Shown one piece after another: positions 1 to 10,179 of a stretch of 64,000 nucleotides of DNA. Both the position numbers and the translations under genes were made by a program. Numbering within the stretch: the stretch's first letter is position 1; every line of letters starts with the position of its first letter. Below the pieces are notes generated by a model that was not told the DNA's origin, did not search any database, and saw nothing but the letters and a program-made list of their open reading frames with translations. This DNA is from a virus. Lineage: Duplodnaviria; Caudoviricetes. The stretch lies in the IMG/VR virus record IMGVR_UViG_3300028591_000071; one strand, 5' to 3'.

Positions 1-157
1 CCCCCTTGATGCTACCCGTCTTTTTATTTCCGATGAGTGGTTTTCCCTTCTTGTCTTTGGCTATCATTGAAAATATGTTGTTGGCCGTTTTCGTAACGAG
101 GTCGGATATTCCCAACTCCTCGTTGACTGCCTGTACTATTTGTTCAAATAAGTCCAT
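1..157 (-). CDS. Hypothetical protein, 5' part only (MDLFEQIVQAVNEELGISDLV...), runs off window start
   Basis: ATG at 157 overlaps the tdk stop (TAATG); frame open to position 1; not in the ORF track because it is truncated. Confidence 0.65.
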   Translation of the reverse strand, partial: MDLFEQIVQAVNEELGISDLVTKTANNIFSMIAKDKKGKPLIGNKKTGSIKG

Positions 158-777
158 TATTCATCGTCTTTTTGATACATCTTATTCCCCGTCTTCTCAT
201 AATAACACTTCCTGCAAATGGACGCATACCTGTCGTCACCACCGATTTCAACCTGCTCGCCATCGGTAACAATCTGTCCGTCTGAGTTTATTCTTGCGTT
301 GAAGATTGTTTTATGGTTGCAATAACAACTCGACTTTATCTCTTCAAGCGTATCAGCCACCTCAAAGAGTCTCTTTGAACCCTCGAAAAGATGCGTTTGG
401 AAATCTGTCCTCAGACCGTAACACATAACATTTATATTAAGTGTGTCCGCGATTGCTGCGAGTTGGTCAACCTGCTCTGCGGTGAGGAACTGTGCTTCAT
501 CGACAAGTATCCACTTTATCGGCTCCGCGCCGAGTATTTCGTTGTCCTTATACGCCCCAACAATGGAATATAAGTTATCTAACTTTGAGATGCTTATGCA
601 CTCCCTGTCCCCAAGGGCTCTTGAATGGATTACATTTTCTCCGTCCCTGTCGTCTATCTCGCTTTTGAAGATAATGAACGGAATTGAATGTGCCTGAAAA
701 TTATGTGCAGATGCCAACAGATGCATACTTTTGCCGGAGCCCATACACCCGTAGTAGAAAAATAATTTGCCTCTCAT
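157..777 (-). CDS. tdk: Thymidine kinase (type II/TK1-like)
   Basis: P-loop YGCMGSGKS, ILVDEAQF, YGLRTDF, C-terminal Zn-lasso with IGGDDRYASICRKC. Confidence 0.95.
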   Translation of the reverse strand: MRGKLFFYYGCMGSGKSMHLLASAHNFQAHSIPFIIFKSEIDDRDGENVIHSRALGDRECISISKLDNLYSIVGAYKDNEILGAEPIKWILVDEAQFLTAEQVDQLAAIADTLNINVMCYGLRTDFQTHLFEGSKRLFEVADTLEEIKSSCYCNHKTIFNARINSDGQIVTDGEQVEIGGDDRYASICRKCYYEKTGNKMYQKDDE

Positions 778-782
778 TTATG

Positions 783-820
783 AAAAAGAAAAATATGGGC
801 CCGCCGAATTAACGGGCCCA
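783..820 (-). terminator. Intrinsic terminator after SSB gene
   Basis: TGGGCCCG...CGGGCCCA stem with adjacent A-rich tract (U-tract on minus strand). Confidence 0.7.
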
Positions 821-827
821 ATTTATT

Positions 828-1853
828 TTAGAACGGAAGGTCATCGTCATCAACCGTTATTGATGCTGCGAATGATTCCTTCTTCTCCTCTACTTTTGGA
901 GTAACGGGAGCGGCTTCAACGGACTTCGCAAGATTCTTCATCTCCTCGGAAGCGTCCTTTGCTTCCTGTTCAGCTTCAGTCTTCTGAATTCCGTGAACAT
1001 TCTCATATTCCTCTTTGTCAACCCATATGTTATTCTCCTTGTCGAACCAAGGAATCCTCATCTCTGAAACGAGTTTGAGATATTCATACGGCTTGCAGGT
1101 AAATACATCCTGCCACTTCTTCTCATCGTAAATCCACTTCTTCATCTGTTCCTCATCGGTGGAAAGCGGACTGCGGTCGCTGTCATCAACAATCTGAGGG
1201 GCTGATGTGCCCTGTGCTGCGGTGATGGTTATGTTAAGGTCGCGGCCATTATAAATATCAAGGATATTTTCGGTCTGCCCCTTCTTTTCAGCATTCGCCT
1301 TCCTCAACTGATAAAGTTTGATAATCTGATTGTACGGGTCGGCCTTGTCGTTTCTGATTTTGAATTTCCAGAACTTCACGCCCTCGTCCTCCTTGCCTCG
1401 TTCGATACAGCGAACGATAACAGCCTCCCTTGCAAGATTGTCAAGCGAGATGTCCTGCCATTCCTTCTTCTGAACAGGGTCGGTGCATTTCAGTGACTCA
1501 TTGTAAGCACTCTTGTTGATTTCACAGAAAGGACACTTGTTTCCGAACTTCTCGTGGTCGATGTCAGCAGTCTTTGAAAGACAGATGTAATCCTTGAACG
1601 GCTTCTGCCCCTGCTTTACAAGTTCCTTCGGTACTTTTACATTGTGAACATGAACCTTCACGAAAGGACTTCCGGTCTTAAGGTCCATAGGAAGAAGACG
1701 GATAGTGATTGTCTTCTCGGTCTCACCCTCATCAAGACGAACATTCAGATAGTTCTTGAGGTTGAAATTGCCGTTTCTCTGCGGCTTTGACTCATTTCCA
1801 TCGAGAATCAATGATTCAGGATTAATGTTAGGTAGTTCAATTAAATTGCCCAT
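828..1853 (-). CDS. Single-stranded DNA-binding protein, T4 gp32-like
   Basis: IRLLP, C...CPFCE Zn site, GRDLNIT motif, acidic tail DDDDLPF. Confidence 0.8.
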   Translation of the reverse strand: MGNLIELPNINPESLILDGNESKPQRNGNFNLKNYLNVRLDEGETEKTITIRLLPMDLKTGSPFVKVHVHNVKVPKELVKQGQKPFKDYICLSKTADIDHEKFGNKCPFCEINKSAYNESLKCTDPVQKKEWQDISLDNLAREAVIVRCIERGKEDEGVKFWKFKIRNDKADPYNQIIKLYQLRKANAEKKGQTENILDIYNGRDLNITITAAQGTSAPQIVDDSDRSPLSTDEEQMKKWIYDEKKWQDVFTCKPYEYLKLVSEMRIPWFDKENNIWVDKEEYENVHGIQKTEAEQEAKDASEEMKNLAKSVEAAPVTPKVEEKKESFAASITVDDDDLPF

Positions 1854-1999
1854 AATAAATTAAAGTTTTGTTAAAAATTATTAAAACGTAAAAATGTCTT
1901 TATATGAATATACAAAATTCACTCGAATAAACCAAATTTTAGAAACAAAACCCGCCACTTTGATTGCTCAGGGAATGGCGGGGCTTAAGTTCCTTTTTC

Positions 2000-2854
2000 T
2001 TAGTAACCCAAAATGTCGTGAAGTCCAAGTTTTCCGTCGAACTCCTTGGCGATTGAGTTGTAGTCGGTGAAATTATCGATGTCTCCCTTGGTAATCTTGT
2101 ACTGAGGGTCATCTGCACCGTTGTTGTCATCAGCATCGCTATAGTTCTCAGGAGCATAATTATTCATATACTCGTTCGGAGTCATACCATATGGCGCTGA
2201 TTTCGTTGAACGCATTGACATTCTCTGCAGTGGGGTAGGATTTCTCTTCTCAAATTCACTTTCGAGTTTTCCAAGGTACTCATTCGTGTGGGTGTCAATG
2301 TCTGATATTCTCTTTTCAAGATTATCAAGCGATGACATCAGCCTCTCGAACTTTCCTGAAAGAGCATCGACTTTCTTTTCGGTCTCTTCCTGTGAATCCG
2401 TAAGGTCATCTACATCGATTACCTCGTCATCTCCGCCCATAGCGTTAGGGTCCCCACCCATTGAAGGGTCTCCCATTGCGTTAGGGTCACCTCCCATTGT
2501 CGGGTCCATTCCGCCTTGTGCATTAGGGTCTCCGCCCATTCCGTCCATAGGTGCACCTTGTTCTACGCCCTGTGGTTGGAATCCCTCAGGTGGCGTTGCT
2601 TCGCCGCCTGCCGCATTAGGGTCTCCGCCCATGGCATTCGGGTCTCCACCCATTGCATTAGGGTCGCCCCCCATGTCGCCACCCATTCCTGGGTCGCCTC
2701 CCATCGAGGGGTCGGCGCCGCCCATGGAAGGGTCTCCGCCCTGCATCATATCGTCTTCTCCCTCTTCGGATACATCGAATGCACCCGCAGGGCTCGTATA
2801 CTCAAGAATGCAGCGTTTGAATTTCTTGATGTATTCCTTCTTGTCCATAGCCAA
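2000..2854 (-). CDS. Acidic Gly/Met/Asp/Pro-rich protein, probable head/scaffold-associated (ATG at 2848 is an alternative start)
   Basis: MGGDP(N/S)A repeats, coiled coil, N-terminal ILE motif; in a late-promoter operon. Confidence 0.6.
   Translation of the reverse strand: MAMDKKEYIKKFKRCILEYTSPAGAFDVSEEGEDDMMQGGDPSMGGADPSMGGDPGMGGDMGGDPNAMGGDPNAMGGDPNAAGGEATPPEGFQPQGVEQGAPMDGMGGDPNAQGGMDPTMGGDPNAMGDPSMGGDPNAMGGDDEVIDVDDLTDSQEETEKKVDALSGKFERLMSSLDNLEKRISDIDTHTNEYLGKLESEFEKRNPTPLQRMSMRSTKSAPYGMTPNEYMNNYAPENYSDADDNNGADDPQYKITKGDIDNFTDYNSIAKEFDGKLGLHDILGY
2430..2745 (-). repeat. Imperfect in-frame tandem repeats encoding MGGDPNA/MGGDPS units
   Basis: Recurring gggtc(t/g)ccgcccat units on the plus strand. 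Confidence 0.8.
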
Positions 2855-3178
2855 TTAGTCGTTTAGAACCTGACGATTATCCTCGGTTAGAATTATTTTT
2901 GAAGACTCTGTTCTTTCGATAAGTCCACGGTCCTTCTTAACAACCTTAACCTCCTGAGGCATGTAGTCGTTCAAAACGGTCTCTGCTGCCATTATTTGTT
3001 CATCCGCCTTCATAGTCTTGGATTTTTTTGTTTTCTTATTAGTTGCCTTCTTTGGCTTTTCTGAAACTGCCGGCTTCTCTTCAACAACCGTCTCTTCCTT
3101 CTTTGCAACAGGTGCCGAAACAGGAAGACGATAGTTTCTGCTTACCATATAAGACTTATTTATAAACCTTAGTTTCAT
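2855..3178 (-). CDS. Hypothetical Lys/Glu-rich late protein
   Basis: ORF directly downstream of late motif at 3194-3204. Confidence 0.7.
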   Translation of the reverse strand: MKLRFINKSYMVSRNYRLPVSAPVAKKEETVVEEKPAVSEKPKKATNKKTKKSKTMKADEQIMAAETVLNDYMPQEVKVVKKDRGLIERTESSKIILTEDNRQVLND

Positions 3179-3193
3179 TTTATGTATTTTTCT

Positions 3194-3204
3194 TATAAAT
3201 AGTT
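3194..3204 (-). promoter_or_regulatory. Late promoter motif AACTATTTATA
   Basis: Same motif precedes many structural genes in this window. Confidence 0.75.
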
Positions 3205-3230
3205 AATATATGTAAAAACGCCGTTTTATA

Positions 3231-3821
3231 CTACGACAAGATATATGGGATGATATAATCGCGGTTCCTGAAAGAATATCTCACCTCATTTGGAAGGTTC
3301 TCTCCCGCACTTACCATCGACACATTTTCCTCCTTTGCCAAAAGAGACAGGAACATCTTCGGATTCTTCCCGACATAATCCATCTCCCGCAATGAGAGCC
3401 CATATACAACGCACGATGACGGTATATAAACATATACGAAACCGTTGGTATAATACGCTGTCGTCCCGCCTTCAGCCTCAACCTTACCTATAAAGTCGGC
3501 AATTTCCTCTTTCTTTGAAGTTATAACGCTGATAAACCGATAGTTGATTGACTTTATGAACGAATCTATCGCAATCTCCTTGAACTTCGCCATCCTCTCC
3601 TCATATACGGACCGCTTTTCCCTGTTGCCGAATGTCCAATAAACACCATCTTCAACAATCCAATCAACGATATTTGCTTCAGGAAACATTTTCTTTGTAT
3701 ATTCCCATCCGATTACCATCGTCGGTATTCCGTCTATGAGCGATGCCTTATCGCTTACAACGTTGTATAATTCGTAATCGGAAAATTTCTTCTCCGTCAG
3801 TATATTCGCAATATATCTCAT
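3231..3821 (-). CDS. Hypothetical protein
   Basis: 196-aa ORF in gene-dense, co-oriented context. Confidence 0.75.
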   Translation of the reverse strand: MRYIANILTEKKFSDYELYNVVSDKASLIDGIPTMVIGWEYTKKMFPEANIVDWIVEDGVYWTFGNREKRSVYEERMAKFKEIAIDSFIKSINYRFISVITSKKEEIADFIGKVEAEGGTTAYYTNGFVYVYIPSSCVVYGLSLREMDYVGKNPKMFLSLLAKEENVSMVSAGENLPNEVRYSFRNRDYIIPYILS

Positions 3822-3838
3822 TGCGATGAATATACAAA

Positions 3839-4528
3839 TTATTTCTGTCCTTTCAAAGCGTTGTAGTAATTACGCATTTTTACGTCGTAATTATTCTTTT
3901 TGTAATCTGAACCGTTATATCCTTCAGCAAATTTATCAAATCTTGGTGGGGTGCTTCTTATTGCATTAAGACATGTGCCAACCTTTTTAATGTAATTACA
4001 TCCCAACAACAATTGTTGATATTCCGATTCCTTCGCCTTGTCAATCAAGTCATAAACAGAAGAACATCCCACGGTTTCAAAGTTAAATCCCATTACCTGA
4101 AACATTCCCCAACTTGCAGACCTAAGGGCTGCTTCTTTGCATTTTTCTGAACCACCGTCTATCATCATTGCCCTGTTAAGACGGTCATATTCCTTAACTC
4201 CACCTATATATCCGCCGCTTTTCGGGTTCAAGATATCCTCATTTCCTTTGAAATACTTATTCGGGTCAATTCCTTCTTTTCTAAGTTGTCCCCAAAAAAT
4301 ATGTCTTTCGAACAATATCTTCGGTTGTCCATCACTGAAAAAGCCGTCGCCACGCGATTCGACTTTTGCTACAGCCTTCAATGCTTCTACTTCGCAGCCT
4401 AAATACGCTGCGGCATTATTCCAATCCTCTTCGGTCAGGGTTTTGTTGCCGCTTCCTCCCTTTATACCGGTTAATCCTGTTGGGCCACTACCGCCCACGC
4501 TTCCATCAGGTGTAATTTTACATGCCAT
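3839..4528 (-). CDS. N-acetylmuramidase (DUF3380 family)
   Basis: AVAKVESRG, ILFERHIF, ASWGMFQVMGFN, FAEGYNG motifs. Confidence 0.9.
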   Translation of the reverse strand: MACKITPDGSVGGSGPTGLTGIKGGSGNKTLTEEDWNNAAAYLGCEVEALKAVAKVESRGDGFFSDGQPKILFERHIFWGQLRKEGIDPNKYFKGNEDILNPKSGGYIGGVKEYDRLNRAMMIDGGSEKCKEAALRSASWGMFQVMGFNFETVGCSSVYDLIDKAKESEYQQLLLGCNYIKKVGTCLNAIRSTPPRFDKFAEGYNGSDYKKNNYDVKMRNYYNALKGQK

Positions 4529-4543
4529 AATTCATTAGTTTTT

Positions 4544-7500
4544 TTAAAGTGTGTTTATGTATCTTCTTATTGCTTCAACATGAGCGTCAGCTATTGCATT
4601 GAGACCTTCTTCGCTTTCAATCCATCCCCTCATTATATTGTATTTTCCTTCTTCATCTTCTTTGTTCCAAACTCCTTCTCTATACCATTTTTCGCTCGTT
4701 CCACCGTTTCCGTATGGTCCTCCTGCTATGTCATAATCAGCAAACCAATTTTCGCTCAATATGCAGGCACAATTTAATTGAACCGCACCATCAGTATTGG
4801 CTATTGATAAGATATGGTTAATCTCTTCATCCGATGACTTTACTCCACCATTCATAGCACCTTTGGGTAGTAATGCATAAAGGCCCGTCCGACTCTTATC
4901 CACCATCTTTCTAACCTCTTCTCTAAGAATCTCAGCAAATTTCTTTGAATCATCACGCACCTTAACCGTTCCGTCACTATATGCCTTTCCGTCAAATACG
5001 CAATAATATTTTCCGCCACCGCCATTCCAATGCGGAACAACGGAAATTACTTTCTTAGAGCCATATTTGTCGATAAGGCCCCTTGTTTCAGCCATGCTAT
5101 ATCCATTACTTCCTGTATGGTTTCCTCCCTTATTGCACCTTTGTATGTTTTGTGCATAACTCGTCCCGTCTGAGAATTTTAATTTCTGAAGTTTAGGAAT
5201 AATATATCCATCGATTAATTTTGAAGACCATGCATGTTCCATTTTCTTTTCTGTCTTCGGCCCATGGGCCGGCGTTATACAGATAATTGGCTTTTTTTCA
5301 CTTATGTTAGTTTCAGTAAAGTCTATTCTATCACTAATCTTTTTATCCGGATTTCCTTCAATGTTTGTCGATTCCGCCATAGAATTAGTGGTATTTACCG
5401 GGCCGCAATTCTCTCCGCCATTAGCGCCATCACTTTCTCCCCTTGGCTGTGTATCCTTGTTAACAGGCAATACCCCTTCAACCATAGGAAGGGCATACTT
5501 GTTTATTCTCACGCCAACCACGTGGGTGGTCATATCACCCGCTACCATCTGATGGGTTACCTTGTAAATTAGATATGCCCCTCTCCATAATGGTATGTTG
5601 TTCAATTGGAAATACATCAAAGGAGATACCATCATGCACCCCATCATATCAAACTCGCAAGTGAAGGCATATGATGACCTAACTTTATATATGTCCTGTC
5701 CGAACGCCGTGGTTTCCCTCTCGCCGTCCCCCGCCTTTGATGCAACGTAGAGCATTGCCTGTATTGATGCGTTGGTAACCGTAGGTGTCTCGGTATTCAA
5801 TGATATGTTCTTGAAGAAGGCCTGATTCTGCTTTCCATACGAAACACCGAATGCCGGAATTGTCCTTCCGCTATCATTTAAGAAATCGTGTTGTTCGGTA
5901 ACAAGGTCGAACCCGTCATCTTCATATTCATCTGACCCAATATATTTTGACGGTGCATATGTATACATGAAGCAGAAACATGAACTATCCGTTTCCCAAT
6001 CGCTATTATACGGGAATGCCTTGAACATCTCCGCCACATGGTTTGCCGTCTGACCGCCAATCATTTGTGGGAACGTCATCAGCATACCGCCCGAATTCTG
6101 TGCAATTTCGCTTAGGAAATCGAAGACGGATTTTCCGAAATAATAGGAAACGGTTTCATCCGAATTGGTTATCTGTGACGGCATACAATATGCTATCCAC
6201 CTCTCCACATTGCTTACATTAACCAACAAAACATTACCTATGTTGTGATAATAGGTGTCCAGATATATAAACTGATTGAAATCACTGTTTGGGTTCGCCA
6301 TGCTCCAAGTGTTACGACCCTTATATGGGGCGCATAGCCACTTGTCGTACAACGTCTTCAATGTTTGATATGTTGACAATCTAATATCATCATTCCTGAA
6401 CAAATCTTCTACGGTCACGTCACTCGATGCATCCGCAGTTTCTTCATTCTTTTCATTGTCTTTGAACATATCATTTATCGCACCGACAAAGCCATTGAAT
6501 GCGGCTTCTATCCTTCCTGCGTTCGGCTTTTGCCCATCCCCGTGATAATCCACTATCGTGCAAACATCAAGGAATGTACTTAAAAGGAATTCCTGAACCC
6601 GCTCCGCGTTTCTTGCTATTGCGGATGCACCTTCTATTCTTAGCAAATCTGAATTAAAGCCGTTTGAGAAATTTTCGTGTTCATAATAACTCTTGTCCGT
6701 CAGGATATGTTCGACCTTTTCATATTCATTCCTTGCCCAATCTTCAAATTTCTTTCTCAATACGCTCCTTCGAGACGCTGTGGAACCAGTCGGTATCTTC
6801 CATTCTACAAATTTTTTGGCGTCTTCATTAACGGTTTCAACCTCCGCCACGTAAGCATTATACCCCATGAAAGTCTCGTTTCTTCCTACGGGTTTTCCTT
6901 CGTGTATAATAGGGTCTTTGTCACCATTATTACCCATTACATAATCACGCCAATAGAATGAGCCCTCCCTCAACAGCCTCGCCTTCTGTTCGACACCATT
7001 TTCCGAATTTTTGTTTATCCCACTGCCTTGATGCTCTTTTTTTGATTTAAGCGGAATCGCAGAAAGGAATAAATATGCCTTCGACAAGATGTCCTTTTGG
7101 TCTGTATATATCTTAGTACTAAAAAGGGACTTCTTCCTATCCTCATCAATAAGTGCAGGATATTTTACAAAATAATCCTCCCTTTCCTTATAGGATTTGT
7201 TTGCGATATCGACAACGCCATTTTCCTTGGAGTTCTTCACTATGGTATCGGTCTTTGCAGATGCTCCCTTTCTGTAAATAATCCCTTGTTCGAATATGAT
7301 TTCGTTCTTATCTACTGTCGTATCGATGGAACTTTCAGCAAAAATGCTGTCAATTTGATTTTCAGTAATAACCCCTTCGTAATTGGTCCCGACATCAGAT
7401 TTTATCGAATCCGACAATGCCTTAACATAATCTCTTGAGTCATATACCACGAACGTTTCCTTTTCTTCATCTTTTTTGTTCGCATTTATGAATCTCTTAT

Positions 7501-9862
7501 CGTTTGACATTTGTGCTGAACCGCCGGCATATGCAGCATTAATATCCTTGAAATCCCCGAATCCTACAGGAATGTAATTACCCGTCAAGACATATTTATT
7601 GTTTTCATCCAACAGTCTCTTCCCGCCGAAATTCCACATCTTACTCGCGCCCTGCGTCTTCACTCTCTTCAGTACCGTATCGACAAATTTTCCCCTATCC
7701 TTACATTGCCTTACGAAATTTTCAAAACGAGGGTCATTCTCTATTCCCTTAAGTCCCTTTGCAAGATTGATTGCATCGAGTTTTCCAAAATCATTGGCTG
7801 ATTCGGGACGGGGCTCATTCACCCCCATCAGATAATAATATGCCCTTGTTAAAAATGTTCCGACTATCGCGTCACAGAAATCTTCATCGGACAGATTCCT
7901 GACCTGATTGGATATCCATTGATATGGGTTTCCTATACCGTCCTTGTTGACCACGTCATAAAGGGTACCTGGAAGCATTCGGTCTACTTGTGGACTTGGT
8001 GCATCTCTCATGAAATCTATATCAGATGATGTATTTCCGGAATTTCTCTCATCAAGGAATTTGTCCACCGTTTCTTGATATATCTTTACTGCGGAAAGTA
8101 AATCAAGCACGAAGTCAACCTCTTCAAGAGATTTTCCACCAGGCATCTTCCCAGGCCACACTGATACGTTTTTGGTTACCCCGTTTTCTTCTTTTTTCTC
8201 AAATATTTCCGTATATGGCGGAAGGTATTCTTCCGAATTCACCGTATCGGTTGCGACACCGCCGCCAAATACCTTTGCTATTTCCCTCGATTCATCCTCT
8301 GTTTTCAGTTTTTCATAGATAACATCCGTATTCTTATAAAAAGAATGTATGAAAGTATCCATATGGGCAAATATGAGGTTGTATATATTCTTTATGGTCG
8401 GTGAAAATCCAAGTGCGTCCTCGATAAGTTGATTCTCAAGGTTTACATAATCATCTATTTCTTTTTTTAGTTCTTCTTCGACTTTTCTGGACTCCTCCGG
8501 CATATTCTTAAGGAAAGTCTGTATCGCTTCGGTATTCACCTCGGACAGTACATAAATATGATACGTATTTTCCTTGCACGTGGCGAGCATGTTGGACACA
8601 TATTTGAACGGCTCCGTGCCGCTTACGACACCGGCTTCGGTTTCATCTATTTCGCTGTCCTTGTCAATCACAAACTTATTGTCGGTATTCTTGGAATAGA
8701 TTAGGGCCTTCATATCCTTATACCCGTTTTTCTTCCCTATCTCCAATCGGTCGTGCTTTATCTCCCGTTCTCCGTACTTTGCAAGCGACTCGAAAACAGG
8801 AAAATGTAAAGTACCATATGCCTTATCGTATGCCTCTATTCGTGCTATATAGTCCGATATTTCCTTTCCTAAAACTTCTTTTGTTTTGGTTGTCCCGATA
8901 TATACCCTGTTCCCGCTGCTAAGCCATTCCTTAAGCGGGCAAGTATCTATCAAGTTCTTTATGGTATCAATCCTTTGGTTGGTCGACTCACTTATCTCTT
9001 CCCTTTTGGCTGCAGCCGATTCTTTCTGTGGACTTTTAGATATATCCCAAATTGCTTTGAGTATTTCAGGCAACGGCCTCATCTTCTTGGGGCTACCATC
9101 CCTGTCTGTAAAAGAAAACGTCCCGTTCCCAACCATTTCGTTCCAATATTCCTTACCATTTGCAAGATACGGGGCAACGGAGACGAACGACATCGGCATA
9201 TCAACATACACCCTGTACATCATTCCGATAAAACGTGCGTTTATGTTGAAATTTCCGCTTGACGCATCCAATTCCAACTTGATATCATCATTAACGAGAT
9301 AATATGTCACGCCCTTTCCGTAAAAGCCCTTTATCTTCAACTTGAACATTGGAGGCGGATATGTGAACAACGCCCTGTAGAGTGACCCGCCCGTGCCGTC
9401 ATTGGTTAATAAGGATTTATCTTCGGGTGCAAGAACCGAAGCGCCCCTGACATCAACAAATTTGATGTTGACCAAAGGAGTTAACCATGATTCAAAAGAT
9501 ATGTTTATAGATTCTATGCCAAGGCATTCGTGCATCTTATCGTCAGGCATTAACGGATTGATGTCGGTAAAATTGGTTGTAAGGACTCCATCCGTTCCAT
9601 GCAGGAACGATATCGTCCCTTCTGATGTCGAATAATGCAATGTCTTGTAATTGCCATCTTCCATTGCCCATCCGCAGGCCTTCCTGTTTGGAATCATCAC
9701 CTCAAGGTCAGCAGCAATGCAATAGTCCTCCAACGAGTTGAAAACAAGGTTATCGTTTGGGATATAGTTTATCTCTTCCTTGCCTTCTCTGTTGAAGAAA
9801 CTTACGTTTGTTGGGTCTATATACTTAACCCTTCCGTTTATGTCGCTTGCGTTTGATGCCAT
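4544..9862 (-). CDS. Large baseplate hub-like virion protein with C-terminal Amidase_3-like domain
   Basis: N-terminal GIESINISF..VNIKFVDVRG and late MGCMMVSPLMYF..GAYLIYKVTH hub-like motifs; C-terminal ITPAHG..E..PHWN..ILSEN amidase motifs. Confidence 0.7.
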   Translation of the reverse strand: MASNASDINGRVKYIDPTNVSFFNREGKEEINYIPNDNLVFNSLEDYCIAADLEVMIPNRKACGWAMEDGNYKTLHYSTSEGTISFLHGTDGVLTTNFTDINPLMPDDKMHECLGIESINISFESWLTPLVNIKFVDVRGASVLAPEDKSLLTNDGTGGSLYRALFTYPPPMFKLKIKGFYGKGVTYYLVNDDIKLELDASSGNFNINARFIGMMYRVYVDMPMSFVSVAPYLANGKEYWNEMVGNGTFSFTDRDGSPKKMRPLPEILKAIWDISKSPQKESAAAKREEISESTNQRIDTIKNLIDTCPLKEWLSSGNRVYIGTTKTKEVLGKEISDYIARIEAYDKAYGTLHFPVFESLAKYGEREIKHDRLEIGKKNGYKDMKALIYSKNTDNKFVIDKDSEIDETEAGVVSGTEPFKYVSNMLATCKENTYHIYVLSEVNTEAIQTFLKNMPEESRKVEEELKKEIDDYVNLENQLIEDALGFSPTIKNIYNLIFAHMDTFIHSFYKNTDVIYEKLKTEDESREIAKVFGGGVATDTVNSEEYLPPYTEIFEKKEENGVTKNVSVWPGKMPGGKSLEEVDFVLDLLSAVKIYQETVDKFLDERNSGNTSSDIDFMRDAPSPQVDRMLPGTLYDVVNKDGIGNPYQWISNQVRNLSDEDFCDAIVGTFLTRAYYYLMGVNEPRPESANDFGKLDAINLAKGLKGIENDPRFENFVRQCKDRGKFVDTVLKRVKTQGASKMWNFGGKRLLDENNKYVLTGNYIPVGFGDFKDINAAYAGGSAQMSNDKRFINANKKDEEKETFVVYDSRDYVKALSDSIKSDVGTNYEGVITENQIDSIFAESSIDTTVDKNEIIFEQGIIYRKGASAKTDTIVKNSKENGVVDIANKSYKEREDYFVKYPALIDEDRKKSLFSTKIYTDQKDILSKAYLFLSAIPLKSKKEHQGSGINKNSENGVEQKARLLREGSFYWRDYVMGNNGDKDPIIHEGKPVGRNETFMGYNAYVAEVETVNEDAKKFVEWKIPTGSTASRRSVLRKKFEDWARNEYEKVEHILTDKSYYEHENFSNGFNSDLLRIEGASAIARNAERVQEFLLSTFLDVCTIVDYHGDGQKPNAGRIEAAFNGFVGAINDMFKDNEKNEETADASSDVTVEDLFRNDDIRLSTYQTLKTLYDKWLCAPYKGRNTWSMANPNSDFNQFIYLDTYYHNIGNVLLVNVSNVERWIAYCMPSQITNSDETVSYYFGKSVFDFLSEIAQNSGGMLMTFPQMIGGQTANHVAEMFKAFPYNSDWETDSSCFCFMYTYAPSKYIGSDEYEDDGFDLVTEQHDFLNDSGRTIPAFGVSYGKQNQAFFKNISLNTETPTVTNASIQAMLYVASKAGDGERETTAFGQDIYKVRSSYAFTCEFDMMGCMMVSPLMYFQLNNIPLWRGAYLIYKVTHQMVAGDMTTHVVGVRINKYALPMVEGVLPVNKDTQPRGESDGANGGENCGPVNTTNSMAESTNIEGNPDKKISDRIDFTETNISEKKPIICITPAHGPKTEKKMEHAWSSKLIDGYIIPKLQKLKFSDGTSYAQNIQRCNKGGNHTGSNGYSMAETRGLIDKYGSKKVISVVPHWNGGGGKYYCVFDGKAYSDGTVKVRDDSKKFAEILREEVRKMVDKSRTGLYALLPKGAMNGGVKSSDEEINHILSIANTDGAVQLNCACILSENWFADYDIAGGPYGNGGTSEKWYREGVWNKEDEEGKYNIMRGWIESEEGLNAIADAHVEAIRRYINTL

Positions 9863-10179
9863 TAGCCGTAATATTTGTTGTACTTATCTATCCCGTTCTT
9901 ATATGCCGTCAACGCCGCATCCAAAGGGAACGGAATCCTTAACATCGTATTATCTTTAATGGAGAACTCCATTGAACCAACGTCAGGATTTGCCTGAAGG
10001 ATTAGCCATCCATAGTTCGGGTTTCCGTAATAATCGTTGGAAATGATATCAAGTCTCGTCCTTCCTTTTTCATATTGGACATACATATCACTGTCCTGTT
10101 TCGGTATTTCTACGAACGGGACCATCTTTATTTCTCCATCTACTCTAAACTTTGAATATCTATCGTAATCTTCAGTCAT
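9862..10179 (-). CDS. Baseplate wedge protein, LysM/gp53-like
   Basis: RLDIISNDYYGNPNYGWLILQANP and LRIP motifs. Confidence 0.8.
   Translation of the reverse strand: MTEDYDRYSKFRVDGEIKMVPFVEIPKQDSDMYVQYEKGRTRLDIISNDYYGNPNYGWLILQANPDVGSMEFSIKDNTMLRIPFPLDAALTAYKNGIDKYNKYYG

Noticed and set aside
2430-2745. Repeat region as a CRISPR-like or collagen-like array
   Set aside because: Repeats are in-frame and degenerate at third codon positions; no spacers and no G-x-y periodicity.
2286-2866. Plus-strand ORFs over the MGGDP repeats, and the many other antisense ORFs in the track
   Set aside because: Shadows of real genes on the opposite strand; no motifs or expression signals.
3194-3204. Reading TATAAATA as a T4-orientation late promoter
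   Set aside because: In that orientation the copies point away from the adjacent structural genes; the consistent sense-strand form is CTATTTAT.
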